From: an uncultured Actinomycetes bacterium | GTDB taxonomy: Bacteria > Actinomycetota > Thermoleophilia > UBA2241 | DNA: 64,000 bases | Reading direction: 5' to 3' | Assembly: GCA_963709345.1 (NCBI GenBank) | Contig: CAVPVX010000007.1 | Coordinates: 64,001-128,000, forward strand | Part shown: one piece after another, positions 22,375-31,813 of the stretch | Layout of the letters: each line of letters opens with the position of its first letter | Numbering within the stretch: the first letter of the stretch is position 1 | Program-made: the position numbers and the translations under genes | The notes under the pieces: generated by a model | Database searches by the model: none | What the model saw: only the letters and a program-made list of their open reading frames with translations | Told to the model about the DNA's origin: nothing

Positions 22375-23253
22375 TCAGCACCGCCGCTGGTGGATGTACG
22401 CGGTCACGGCGAACAGGTCGGGCGCGCGGTCGGGGAGCTCCCGCAGCAGATCACGCGCCCGCGCTTCAGCCTGGTCGGCCAACTCGGCCGCGCGCTCCAT
22501 GCCGAACCACGAGACGTACGTCGCCTTGTCCTGGGCACGGTCCTTGCCGACGCTCTTGCCGAGCTCCGCAGCCGCGCCGGTCTCGTCAAGGATGTCGTCG
22601 ACGATCTGGAACAGCAGGCCGAGTTCGGCGGCGTAGGCGCGATACGGCGTCACATCGTCCGCGCCGGTGAGCAGGGCCCCGCAGACGACCGCAGCCTCTA
22701 TCAGCCGTCCCGTCTTGAGCGCATGCAGGGTGCGCAGGTCGTCGTCGCCCGCGGCCGCCCCGGCCACGTCCATGTACTGCCCGCCGACCATGCCCTGCAC
22801 GCCGGTGGCTCGGGAGATCTCGGCGGCCGCGGCGAGCACCCGTTCCGGCTCGCCGTGCTGGCCCGTCAGCAGCAGACGGAAGGCCTCGGCGAAGAGCCCG
22901 TCGCCGGCAAGGATGGCGATGTCCTCGCCGTAGGCGACGTGGCACGTCGGGCGGCCGCGCCGTAACGTATCGTCGTCGATGGCCGGCAGATCGTCGTGGA
23001 TCAGGGAGTACGTGTGGATGAGCTCGAAGGCGCAGGCCGCGGGCAGGACCGAACGCGGGTCGGCGCCGCGGCTGCGAGCCGTCGCCAGCGTGAGGACCGG
23101 GCGGATGCGCTTGCCGCCGGCGAGAAGCGAATAGCGCATCGCCTCGGCGAGCGTGGCGGCGCGTGGGTCGGCGCCGAAGTCGAGCCGCCGAAGATGCGTC
23201 TCGACGAGCTCGAGCAGATCGGCGGGGTAGCCGGCCGCCGGGTCGCCGTTCAC
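22375..23253 (-). CDS. ispA: Farnesyl/geranylgeranyl diphosphate synthase
   Basis: GGKRIRP, SLIHDDLPAIDDD..RRG, FQIVDDILD, LGKSVGKD. Confidence 0.93.
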   Translation of the reverse strand: MNGDPAAGYPADLLELVETHLRRLDFGADPRAATLAEAMRYSLLAGGKRIRPVLTLATARSRGADPRSVLPAACAFELIHTYSLIHDDLPAIDDDTLRRGRPTCHVAYGEDIAILAGDGLFAEAFRLLLTGQHGEPERVLAAAAEISRATGVQGMVGGQYMDVAGAAAGDDDLRTLHALKTGRLIEAAVVCGALLTGADDVTPYRAYAAELGLLFQIVDDILDETGAAAELGKSVGKDRAQDKATYVSWFGMERAAELADQAEARARDLLRELPDRAPDLFAVTAYIHQRRC

Positions 23254-23263
23254 GGCCGCCGCC

Positions 23264-23476
23264 TCACCCCGCGACGCGGCCCAGGCGTTCGAGCAGCCGG
23301 CCGGCCTCTTCGACCTGCTCGGTCGCCCGCTCGAGAAGGCTCATCTCGACCTCCGGGGACGATGCCGCTGCGAGGCGCGGCTCGAGCTCCTCGAGCTGGC
23401 GCAGGGTCTCACGCAGTCGCGCCAGCGCCTCCGCCCTCGACCTCGCGGTCGCCTTGTCAGTCGTTGCGTCCGCCAT
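23264..23476 (-). CDS. Small helical protein, possible divergent exonuclease VII small subunit (XseB-like)
   Basis: 70 aa, EALARL..LEE.., sits between nusB and ispA where xseB usually lies. Confidence 0.45.
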   Translation of the reverse strand: MADATTDKATARSRAEALARLRETLRQLEELEPRLAAASSPEVEMSLLERATEQVEEAGRLLERLGRVAG

Positions 23477-23888
23477 CGTCACCCTCCCGGTCGCGCAACA
23501 CGCCTCCGAGGATCCCATTGACGAGCACCCCGGCTTCATCCGTCGAGTACCGTTTCGCGAGCCGCACCGCCTCGTCGATCGCGACTTCCGGAGGCGTTGC
23601 CTCCGTCTCGATCTCCCAGAGCGCCAGGCGCAGGATGCTCCGCTCGAGCGGGGCGATGCGCTGCACCGCCCAGCTCGTCGAGTGCGCCTCGAGCTCGGCG
23701 TCAAGGTCGTCGATCCGGTCGAGCACCCCGCGTACGGCGGTCACCGTGAACTCGTCGGGCGCGTACCCCTCGCGCAGACGCTGCCCCTTGACGAGGTCGC
23801 TCATCGGCAGATCCGTGACCTCGCGCTGGTACAGCAGGAAGAGAGCGTCCCGGCGCGCCTGCTTGCGGCTGGGTGGCGCCGCCGTCAC
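23457..23888 (-). CDS. nusB: Transcription antitermination factor NusB
   Basis: RKQARRDALFLLYQ, W...R...LERSILRLA, AIDEAVRLAKRY, VNGILG. Confidence 0.95.
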   Translation of the reverse strand: MTAAPPSRKQARRDALFLLYQREVTDLPMSDLVKGQRLREGYAPDEFTVTAVRGVLDRIDDLDAELEAHSTSWAVQRIAPLERSILRLALWEIETEATPPEVAIDEAVRLAKRYSTDEAGVLVNGILGGVLRDREGDDGGRND

Positions 23889-23910
23889 CGCTCCGCGACC
23901 CGGGTCGTCC

Positions 23911-25752
23911 TCACGCGGCCTCGATGGCGAAGAGCGGCTGGCCGTACTGCACCGTCTCACCGTCGGTCACGAGGATCTCGCGCACCACGCCGCCGACGTC
24001 GGCGGTCAGCTCGTTCATCATCTTCATCATCTCGAGGATGCACAGCGTCTGCCCGGCCTCCACCGAGTCACCGACCTCCACGAACACGGGAGCCTGCGGC
24101 GACGGCGACCGGTAGAAGGTCGCCACCCACTTCGAGCGCACCACATGGAACCCATTGGACCCGTCGTCGGCGGCGACCGCCGGAGCCGCGGCCGCGGGCT
24201 GCGGCGCCTGCGGCGCCGCCGGCGCGGCCGCTTCGGCGCCCGCCTTTCGCACCGTGATCTTGAGGTCGCCTTCTTCGATCACGACCTCGTCGACCTCGCT
24301 CTCCTCGATCATGCCGAGGATGTCCTTGACGCGGTCGGCGCTCTGCTCCAGCAGCGCCGCCCCCGGCTGCGAGGCCAGGTAGTGATCGTGCACGCCGAAC
24401 ACATCCGACTCAGGACCGACGTGGTGCCGCTCGAGGTAGGTGCGCGCCGTCTGCGGGAAGAGCGCGTAGCTCAGCAGGTCCTCCTCGGAGCGCGCCAGCG
24501 CGCCGACCTCCTCGCGGTAGTCCTCGAGCGTCTCATCGATCAAGTCCGCGGGGCGCACGCCGATGGGCTCCTCACCCTCGAGCACACGTGCCAGGACCTC
24601 CAGGGAGACTGGCCCCGGCGCGGCGCCGTACATGCCGCGCAAGTACTGCTTCATCTCGTCGGGGACGATGTGCCAGCGACGACCGGAGAGCACGTTGAGG
24701 ACGGCCTGGGTGCCCACGATCTGGCTCATCGGCGTGACCAGCGGCGGGAAGCCGACCTCGGCGCGGACGATCGGGATCTCCACGAGCACCTCAGGCAGGC
24801 GGTCGAGAGCGTCCTGCTCCTTGAGCTGGCTCTCGAGGTTGCTGATCATACCGCCGGGTACCTGGTGCGAATAGACCTGCATGTGCGTCAGCGACGTGAC
24901 GCCACGATCCCAGCCGCCGTCCTGCCGCACCGTCTCGAAGTACTTCGCCATCTCGAAGAGCTTCTCGAGATCGAGACCGCTGTCATACGGCGTACCGATG
25001 AGCGCAGTCACGACCATCTCGGTGGCCGGCTGCGAGTTGCCGAACGCCAGGGGTACGGTCGCCGTGTCGATGACGTCGACCCCGGCCTCCACGGCCTTCA
25101 GGTACGTCATCGGAGCCAGCCCGCCGATGTAGTGGCAGTGCAACTGGATGGGGACCTTGAGCTCCGCCTTGAGGCGGCCGACGAGCTGCTCGGCATAGAA
25201 CGGCGAGAGCAGCGCCGCCATGTCCTTGATGCAGATGGAGTCGGCGCCCATGTCGACGAGCTGGTGGGCGACGTCGACGTAGTGGTCGAGCGAGTGCACC
25301 GGCGAGATCGTGTAGACGACGGCGCCCTGGAAGTGCTTCCCGGTCTCTTTGATCGCGGCCGCGGCCGTCTCGAAGTTGCGGATGTCGTTGAGAGCGTCGA
25401 AGACACGGAAGATGTCCATGCCGTTCTCCGCCGCCTTGTAGACGAAGCGCCGCACGATGTCGTCGCCGTAGTGGCGATAGCCCACGACGTTCTGACCGCG
25501 CAGCAGCATCTGCAGCGGGGTGCGCACCACGTGCTTCTTGATGAGCCGCAGGCGCTCCCAGGGATCCTCGTCGAGGAACCGCAGCGAGGCGTCAAAGGTG
25601 GCTCCGCCCCAGCATTCGAGCGAGTTGAAGCCGATCTCGTCCATGAGCTCGAGGATCGGGAGCATCTCGTGGGTGCGCATACGCGTCGCCCACAGCGACT
25701 GGTGGCCATCGCGCAACGTGGTGTCGGTGACTCTTACCGGACGGGCTCGCAT
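23911..25752 (-). CDS. Pyruvate carboxylase subunit B / oxaloacetate decarboxylase alpha carboxyltransferase fused to an AccB-like biotin carrier
   Basis: DTTLRDGHQSL, WGGATFD, QMLLRGQN, IKDMA, HCH, PGGMISNL, PPLVTPMSQIVG; C-terminal FYRSPSP...EMMKMMNE. Confidence 0.9.
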   Translation of the reverse strand: MRARPVRVTDTTLRDGHQSLWATRMRTHEMLPILELMDEIGFNSLECWGGATFDASLRFLDEDPWERLRLIKKHVVRTPLQMLLRGQNVVGYRHYGDDIVRRFVYKAAENGMDIFRVFDALNDIRNFETAAAAIKETGKHFQGAVVYTISPVHSLDHYVDVAHQLVDMGADSICIKDMAALLSPFYAEQLVGRLKAELKVPIQLHCHYIGGLAPMTYLKAVEAGVDVIDTATVPLAFGNSQPATEMVVTALIGTPYDSGLDLEKLFEMAKYFETVRQDGGWDRGVTSLTHMQVYSHQVPGGMISNLESQLKEQDALDRLPEVLVEIPIVRAEVGFPPLVTPMSQIVGTQAVLNVLSGRRWHIVPDEMKQYLRGMYGAAPGPVSLEVLARVLEGEEPIGVRPADLIDETLEDYREEVGALARSEEDLLSYALFPQTARTYLERHHVGPESDVFGVHDHYLASQPGAALLEQSADRVKDILGMIEESEVDEVVIEEGDLKITVRKAGAEAAAPAAPQAPQPAAAAPAVAADDGSNGFHVVRSKWVATFYRSPSPQAPVFVEVGDSVEAGQTLCILEMMKMMNELTADVGGVVREILVTDGETVQYGQPLFAIEAA

Positions 25753-25774
25753 GAGGGTCTCCTGTTCCCGGCGC

Positions 25775-26341
25775 TCAGGCGCGGCCGAGATACTCGCCGG
25801 AACGGGTGTCGACCTTGACGCGCTCGCCCTCCTCGATGAACAGGGGGACGTGAACGGTCGCCCCCGATTCGAGCGTGGCGGGCTTGGTCGCGCCCTGGGC
25901 GGTGTTGCCCTGGACTCCCGGATCCGACTTCGTGATCAGCAACTCGACGAAGTTGGGGGCGGCGACCTCGAATGGCTCGCCGTTCAGGTACATCAGCTCG
26001 ACCTCCATGTTCTCGACGACCCAGGTGAGGGCGGCCTCGGCCATGGCCGGCGTCACCGACACCTGCTCGAAGGACTCGTTGTCCATGACGACGACCTCGT
26101 CCTCGGTCGCGTACAGAAAGGCCATCTTGCGCGACTCCGTGCGCATGCGGGCGAACTTCTCGCCGGCGCGGAACGTCTTGTCGAGCACCGCGCCGGTGGC
26201 GATGTTGCGTACCTTGGTGCGCACGAACGCGCCACCCTTGCCGGGCTTCACGTGCTGGAAATCCACGATCGTGAACGGCTGGCCCTCGATCTCGATGGCC
26301 ATACCGGTCTTGAAATGGTTGGTCGATACGACGTCTGCCAT
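25775..26341 (-). CDS. efp: Elongation factor P
   Basis: QHVKPGKGGAFVR, KPATLESG, VPLFI, DTRSGEY. Confidence 0.97.
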   Translation of the reverse strand: MADVVSTNHFKTGMAIEIEGQPFTIVDFQHVKPGKGGAFVRTKVRNIATGAVLDKTFRAGEKFARMRTESRKMAFLYATEDEVVVMDNESFEQVSVTPAMAEAALTWVVENMEVELMYLNGEPFEVAAPNFVELLITKSDPGVQGNTAQGATKPATLESGATVHVPLFIEEGERVKVDTRSGEYLGRA

Positions 26342-26504
26342 GTGGGCCTACTCAGGGGTCGCGGGGACTGGCGTTCACAAGTGAAGGGTCATGATACCGC
26401 AAGCCCGGCCGCCTGTGCAGCGATCGGCGGGCATCCCGGGCGGCGGTAGGATCCGTTTCTCGTCGCCACTACGCCTCCCGTCGGCGCGCCACGCGGCGAC
26501 GCCT

Positions 26505-27581
26505 TCACGCGACTACCAGCAGGTCCTTCGGAGTGGTCGTCAGACTTTCGCAGCCGTTCGCCGTGACCAGGACGGTATCCTCGATGCGCACGCCGGCGAC
26601 GCCCTCGAGGTAGATTCCGGGCTCGACGGTGCAGACCATGCCCGCTTCGAGGCGGTCACCGCGAGTGCGGCCGAGGCCCGGAGCTTCATGGACGGCCAGC
26701 CCGACGCCGTGCCCCGTGCCGTGACCGAATCCCTCGCCGTAGCCGGCGTCGTCGATGACGGCGCGAGCCGCGGCATCGACGTCGCGGCGGCCGTGTGCGC
26801 CGTCACGGACGGCGGCCAGCCCTGCGAGTTGAGCCTCGAGCACAACGTCGTAGACGCGGCGCAACTCCGCGGCCGGCTCCCCCGTCGCGTACGTGCGCGT
26901 GATGTCGCTGCAGTACCCCGCGACGCGCGCGCCTGTGTCGACGACGACGAGCTCTCCCGCCGCGATGACTCTCTCGCCGGGCAGCGCGTGCGCCTGGGCG
27001 CCGTGAGCGCCGGCGGCGACGATCGCGGGGAACGCCTCGCCCTCCGCGCCGAGGCGGTGGTACTCGGCCTGAAGATCCCACGCCACGTCGCGCTCGCACC
27101 GCCCGACCAGACCGCGGCCGATCACCGCGGCGAGCGCCTCGTCGGTGACGGCGGCGGCCCGGCGCAGGGCCGCGACCTCCGTCGCGTCCTTCACGGCGCG
27201 AAGCCGCGAGACGCGGGCGCCCACGTCGCGAAGACCGCCGCGGTGTACGCGCCGCACGCGCCGGTAGCCGGCGTGACTGATGTCGTCGCCCTGGTAGCCC
27301 AGCCGGGCGGCGGGCCCAAGGGCCTCAGCCGCCCGCGCACTGTGCGCCAACAGATCACCGCCCGTCACCTCGCTCAGCGAGAACTCCGCGACCTCCTCGC
27401 GCACCTGCTCCCAGAAGCGTGAGTCTGTGCAGATGAAGGCCGCCTCGGCGCCCACGACGAGCGTCGCGTCCTCACCGCGGAAGCCGGAGAGATAGCGCAC
27501 GTCCACGGGGTCGGTCACGAGGATCCCGTCGAGCCCGAGGTCCTTGACGACATCGCGGCAGCGGCGGAGTCGGGAGGTCAC
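26505..27581 (-). CDS. Xaa-Pro aminopeptidase (M24)
   Basis: DTGA...YCSDITRT, HGTGHGVGLAVHE, TVEPGIY, GVRIED. Confidence 0.93.
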   Translation of the reverse strand: MTSRLRRCRDVVKDLGLDGILVTDPVDVRYLSGFRGEDATLVVGAEAAFICTDSRFWEQVREEVAEFSLSEVTGGDLLAHSARAAEALGPAARLGYQGDDISHAGYRRVRRVHRGGLRDVGARVSRLRAVKDATEVAALRRAAAVTDEALAAVIGRGLVGRCERDVAWDLQAEYHRLGAEGEAFPAIVAAGAHGAQAHALPGERVIAAGELVVVDTGARVAGYCSDITRTYATGEPAAELRRVYDVVLEAQLAGLAAVRDGAHGRRDVDAAARAVIDDAGYGEGFGHGTGHGVGLAVHEAPGLGRTRGDRLEAGMVCTVEPGIYLEGVAGVRIEDTVLVTANGCESLTTTPKDLLVVA

Positions 27582-28045
27582 GGGCGCTCTCCCTTATGCA
27601 CGAGTGCCGCCAGCGCCGCTACGGCCTCGGCGTAGCCCCGCGGCCCCTTGCCGGAGACACGCACGTCGACCACGTCGGCGATCACCGAGACCCGCCTCCA
27701 GGGCTCCCGTCGCTCGACGTCCGACAGGTGCACCTCGGCGATGGGCGCGTCGACCAGTTCGAGCGCGTCCCGAAGCGCGTAGCTGTAGTGCGTCCAGGCC
27801 CCGGGGTTCACGATCACGGCCCCGGCGCCCTCACAGGAGAGCTGATGGAGCTTCTCCACCAGATCGCCCTCGTGGTTCGTCTGATAGGAGTGGACGACGA
27901 AACCCCGCTCCTCGCCGCACTCCCTCACGTAGTCTTCCAGCTCGGGAAGCGTCAGCGTCCCGTACACGTCGGGGTCCCTCTGCCCGAGCATGTCGAGGTT
28001 GACGCCGTGCAGCACCCACAACGTCTTCAGCGTCGCGTCAGCCAT
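27578..28045 (-). CDS. aroQ: Type II 3-dehydroquinate dehydratase
   Basis: HGVNLDMLGQRDPDVYG, NPGAWTHYS, EVHLS. Confidence 0.95.
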   Translation of the reverse strand: MADATLKTLWVLHGVNLDMLGQRDPDVYGTLTLPELEDYVRECGEERGFVVHSYQTNHEGDLVEKLHQLSCEGAGAVIVNPGAWTHYSYALRDALELVDAPIAEVHLSDVERREPWRRVSVIADVVDVRVSGKGPRGYAEAVAALAALVHKGERP

Positions 28046-29112
28046 TCCACCGCCTCCAACTGGAGTTCGCTCGGCACGCGCGCGCCGACCAGCGGCGCGC
28101 CCACAGCCCGGAGAAGCACGAATCCCACGCCCTCGGGGCCGGCCTTCTTGTCGCGCGACACGAGGTCGCACACGTCCGCGGGCGCCACGCCGGTGAGACG
28201 CCGCGGCAACCCCAGGCCGTCGAGCATCGCCTGCGCCGCCTCATCGTCGGCGGCGCTCAGCCCGCACAGCCGGCGCGAGAGCCACAGCGCGGCGCGAAGC
28301 CCGAGCGCCACGGCCTCGCCGTGCGTCCAGCGCGAGAACTCCGTGGCCGCCTCGATCGCATGCCCTATCGTATGACCGAGGTTGAGCTGCGCCCTCAGCC
28401 CCGCCTCGCGCTCGTCCAGCTTGACCACGCCCGCCTTGAAGGCGATCGAGCCGGCGACCAGTTCCTGCGTGACGGCCTCGGCACGGAGGTCGTCGTGGGC
28501 CAGACGAACGACCCGCCGAAACACGTCGCCGCCGGCGAGAAGCCCGTGCTTGGCCACCTCGGCGGCGCCGCTGCGCAACTCGCGGAGCGGCAGCGTCGCC
28601 AGCGTCCCCAGATCGGCGACCACGAGATGCGGCTGGTAGAACGACCCCACGTAGTTCTTGCCGACGCGGAAGTCGACCGCGACCTTGCCGCCGACCGAGG
28701 CGTCCACCTGCGAGAGCAGGGTGGTCGGCGCCTGGACGAAGCCGACGCCGCGCTGATAGGTGGCCGCCACGAAGCCGGTGAGGTCGCCCATGACGCCGCC
28801 ACCGAGAGCGAGGAGCGTGTCGCCCCTCGTCACGCCGCGGTCGTAGAGCACCCCGTAGAGTTCCTCGGCACGGCGAAGGCTCTTCTCGCCTTCGCCCGCG
28901 GGCAGGACCACGTGCGAGACGGGAATGTCGGCAGCGCGCAGAGAGGCACGCACGTCCTCAATGTACAGCGGCGCCACGTGCTCGTCGCAACAGACGACCA
29001 CCTGCCCGCTTCCGCGTTCGCGCCGCACGAGTCGGCCGACCTCGTCCAGCACGCCGCGTCCGACGACGATCGGATACGTGCGGGAGGGGGCTTGCACCGT
29101 GAGGCGTTTCAC
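28027..29112 (-). CDS. aroB: 3-dehydroquinate synthase
   Basis: GEGEKS, GGGVMGDLTGF, PTTLLSQVDASVGGK, LNLGHTIGHAIE, HGEAV. Confidence 0.96.
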   Translation of the reverse strand: MKRLTVQAPSRTYPIVVGRGVLDEVGRLVRRERGSGQVVVCCDEHVAPLYIEDVRASLRAADIPVSHVVLPAGEGEKSLRRAEELYGVLYDRGVTRGDTLLALGGGVMGDLTGFVAATYQRGVGFVQAPTTLLSQVDASVGGKVAVDFRVGKNYVGSFYQPHLVVADLGTLATLPLRELRSGAAEVAKHGLLAGGDVFRRVVRLAHDDLRAEAVTQELVAGSIAFKAGVVKLDEREAGLRAQLNLGHTIGHAIEAATEFSRWTHGEAVALGLRAALWLSRRLCGLSAADDEAAQAMLDGLGLPRRLTGVAPADVCDLVSRDKKAGPEGVGFVLLRAVGAPLVGARVPSELQLEAVEWLTRR

Positions 29113-29699
29113 GCGGGGTCTCCCGGATTCTCAGCGTCTGCCGTGCCGGGCGAGTCGCCCGACCGCAGCGCTGTGACGATCTCGGTTGCCAGCGCCTTGG
29201 GGTCCTTGCTGCCGTCGTTCTCCACCACCAGCGTCGCGACATCCCGGTACAGCGGGGTCCGGGACTCCAGCAGTCTCGAGAATCCCTCCTCGTCGCGCGC
29301 CAGCGGGCGCCTGCCGAGGCCGGACGCGCGCACGCGCTCCCAGAGCACCGGCGGCGACGCCGTCAGCCAGACGACGTGCGGAAGGCGACGGACGGCCTCG
29401 CGAACCTCCCGGCTCAGCACGGCGCCGCCGCCCAGCGAGAGGACCGTGGGCACCGCGAGAGCGCGGGCGGCCGCGGCGGCCGCGACGTCACGCTCGGTGG
29501 CGCGGAACGCGGACTCGCCGCGGCGCGCGAAGAGCTCGTCTATGGGCCCTTCGATGCGGGTCACGAGGTCGTCGCTGTCGGTGAAGGGCAAGCCGAGAAC
29601 GTCTGCGAGCGCTCGGCCCACGGCGCTCTTGCCGGCGCCCATGAACCCCACCACAGCGACCGCGCCCTGCGACTCCGACCGAACCACCGCCGTGCTCAC
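29109..29699 (-). CDS. aroK: Shikimate kinase
   Basis: GFMGAGKS, GESAFR, LGGGAV, RPL. Confidence 0.94.
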   Translation of the reverse strand: MSTAVVRSESQGAVAVVGFMGAGKSAVGRALADVLGLPFTDSDDLVTRIEGPIDELFARRGESAFRATERDVAAAAAARALAVPTVLSLGGGAVLSREVREAVRRLPHVVWLTASPPVLWERVRASGLGRRPLARDEEGFSRLLESRTPLYRDVATLVVENDGSKDPKALATEIVTALRSGDSPGTADAENPGDPA

Positions 29700-30901
29700 C
29701 TCTCCCGGACGCGCCGGCGAAAGGCCTTCGCCGCCGCCGCGAACTCCGTCACCGTCGCGCCGCCGAACCGCTCGAGAGCGGCGTCGGCCAGAGCGAGCGC
29801 CACGACCGCCTCGAGCACCACCCCGGCAGCGGGCACGGCGCAGACATCCGACCGCTCGAACCGCGACTCGACCTCCCGATGCGAGCCGAGCTCCACGCTA
29901 GCCAGAGGCTCGCGCAGCGTGGCGATCGGCTTCATCGCGACCCGCAGGACGATCGGCTCGCCGGTCGAGATGCCGCCTTCGACGCCTCCGGCGTTGTTGC
30001 TGCGGCGCGCGAAACCTCGTTCCGAGTCGTAGCCGAGGGGATCGTGCACCCGGCTGCCCGGCAGCTCGGCTGTGGCAAAGCCGAGGCCGAACTCCACGCC
30101 CTTCATCGCCGGCACCGTCATCGCCGCGGCCGCCAGACGCGCCTGAAGGCGCCGGTCGCCCTGCACGTACGTGCCGACGCCGGGCGGATAGCCGAACGCC
30201 AGGATCTCGATGACGCCTCCCAACGTGTCGCCCCGCGCGCCGGCGGCGTCGATGGCCGCGCACATGCGCCGTCCCGATTCGCGGTCGAGGCAGCGCACGG
30301 GGTCGGCCTCGACCGTCGCAACGTCGCCCAGCGTCATCGACGCCGTACTGCGCTCGCCTCCCAGGGCGACCACGTGGCTGACCACAGTGCAGCCGACTCC
30401 GGCGAGGAGCAGCTTGGCGACGGCGCCGCAGGCGACCTTCATCGCCGTCTCGCGCGCGCTCGCGCGCTCGATGACGTCACGGATGTCGGAAAGGTCGTAC
30501 AGAAGCGCCCCGCCGAGATCGGCGTGCCCCGGTCTCGGCACCAGCACCGGCGCATCCGTCCCGGAGCCCAGAGACGGCGCCCCGCCCGGCTCGAGCGCCG
30601 CGCCGGCCTCGGGAGGCGCCTCGACCGCCATGGTGGCGCCCCAGTTGGCGGCATCACGATTCGTGATGCACAGCGCGACCGGCGCGCCCGTCGTGGCGCC
30701 GTGGCGGACGCCGCCGAGGATCTTCACGGCGTCCTTCTCTATCTCCTGGCGGCCGCCGCGGCCGTAGCCGCCCTGCCGCCGCGCAAGATCCGCGTCGATG
30801 TCCGCCGCGGCAAGAGCCAGGCCTGCCGGGCATCCCTCGAGGATGCCGGTCAAGCATTCGCCGTGCGATTCACCGGCCGTGAGATATCTGAGACGGCTCA
30901 T
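29696..30901 (-). CDS. aroC: Chorismate synthase
   Basis: TAGESHG, PRPGHAD, ERASARET, SNNAGGVEGGISTG, MKPIATL, ERSDVC. Confidence 0.97.
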   Translation of the reverse strand: MSRLRYLTAGESHGECLTGILEGCPAGLALAAADIDADLARRQGGYGRGGRQEIEKDAVKILGGVRHGATTGAPVALCITNRDAANWGATMAVEAPPEAGAALEPGGAPSLGSGTDAPVLVPRPGHADLGGALLYDLSDIRDVIERASARETAMKVACGAVAKLLLAGVGCTVVSHVVALGGERSTASMTLGDVATVEADPVRCLDRESGRRMCAAIDAAGARGDTLGGVIEILAFGYPPGVGTYVQGDRRLQARLAAAAMTVPAMKGVEFGLGFATAELPGSRVHDPLGYDSERGFARRSNNAGGVEGGISTGEPIVLRVAMKPIATLREPLASVELGSHREVESRFERSDVCAVPAAGVVLEAVVALALADAALERFGGATVTEFAAAAKAFRRRVRER

Positions 30902-30963
30902 GCTCCCTACCTTATCCGCGCCGCGAGCGCCGGCACAAGGCGCGAGGGCGCCGGCACAACGAA

Positions 30964-30992
30964 CGACGGGGCGGCCTGCGGCCGCCCCGTCG
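30964..30992 (-). terminator. Hairpin terminator at the end of the pilM-N-O-P operon
   Basis: 13-bp inverted repeat CGACGGGGCGGCC/GGCCGCCCCGTCG. Confidence 0.65.
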
Positions 30993-31015
30993 CGAGAATC
31001 GCTTGCCTGACCGGC

Positions 31016-31813
31016 CTACTTGATGACCACCTGACCGGCGCGCAACGTGAGCGTCTGGTCGCCGTGCCTGATGGTGACGGTCTGCGCGCTGACGTCGATG
31101 GCGAGGATCTCGATCTCTCCCCACGCCGTGCTGAAGACGTCGCCGACCTTCTTGTCGGTGTAGGTCTTGCCGTCCACCTCGAAGGTGGCCAGTGCCGTGC
31201 CGTTCTGGCTGCTCACGCTGAGCACGGTGATGGAGTGGCCACCGCTGCCACCGCCGCCGGACGCACCGATGGACGTGACCGCCAGCGTGTACATGTCGCC
31301 GTTCTCCAGCGTGACCTGGACAGACTCGCCGAGGTTGACCTTGACCGAGCCGTCACCGTTCTCGAGGGCGCCGTCGATCACCGAGAAGGTGACGTCGCCG
31401 GACGTGACGCTCGAGATCGTGAATGCAGCCGCAGATCCGCCCGGGACCTTGTCGCCCTGCGTCACGTTGTACGTCGTGCCGTCGACCTTGACCTTGGCCG
31501 AGAGATCGCTCTTCGGTGCTGCCGTACTCGTGGGGCTCGGCGTCGGCTGGGACGGCGTCCCGAACGGAATGAACGGGTCCTTGCTCGTGAACTTGTCGAG
31601 CAGCGGCTCCTCCTTGGCGGGATCCGCCGGAGCCAGCCCGGCAGCCTCGCCGTCGTCGGCGTAGATGCTCTGCACGGAAGCGTCCGCGGCGCCGCCCACC
31701 GTGCCGCCGGCGACGCTGTCGCTGCTCTGCGCAAGCGCGACGGCGAGAGCGAGCGCCGCCCCGACGATGAGCGCGATGATGACGTACGTGACGACGCGCC
31801 GGTTGCTGCTCAC
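31016..31813 (-). CDS. Membrane-anchored PilP-like pilus assembly protein with two tandem beta-rich domains
   Basis: N-terminal TM helix, KDPFIP motif, repeated V(K/E)VDG.TY...(G)D modules; directly follows pilO. Confidence 0.55.
   Translation of the reverse strand: MSSNRRVVTYVIIALIVGAALALAVALAQSSDSVAGGTVGGAADASVQSIYADDGEAAGLAPADPAKEEPLLDKFTSKDPFIPFGTPSQPTPSPTSTAAPKSDLSAKVKVDGTTYNVTQGDKVPGGSAAAFTISSVTSGDVTFSVIDGALENGDGSVKVNLGESVQVTLENGDMYTLAVTSIGASGGGGSGGHSITVLSVSSQNGTALATFEVDGKTYTDKKVGDVFSTAWGEIEILAIDVSAQTVTIRHGDQTLTLRAGQVVIK

Noticed and set aside
30927-30959. Direct repeat GCGCCGGCACAA x2 upstream of aroC
   Set aside because: Only two short GC-rich copies with no supporting promoter context; not CRISPR-like.
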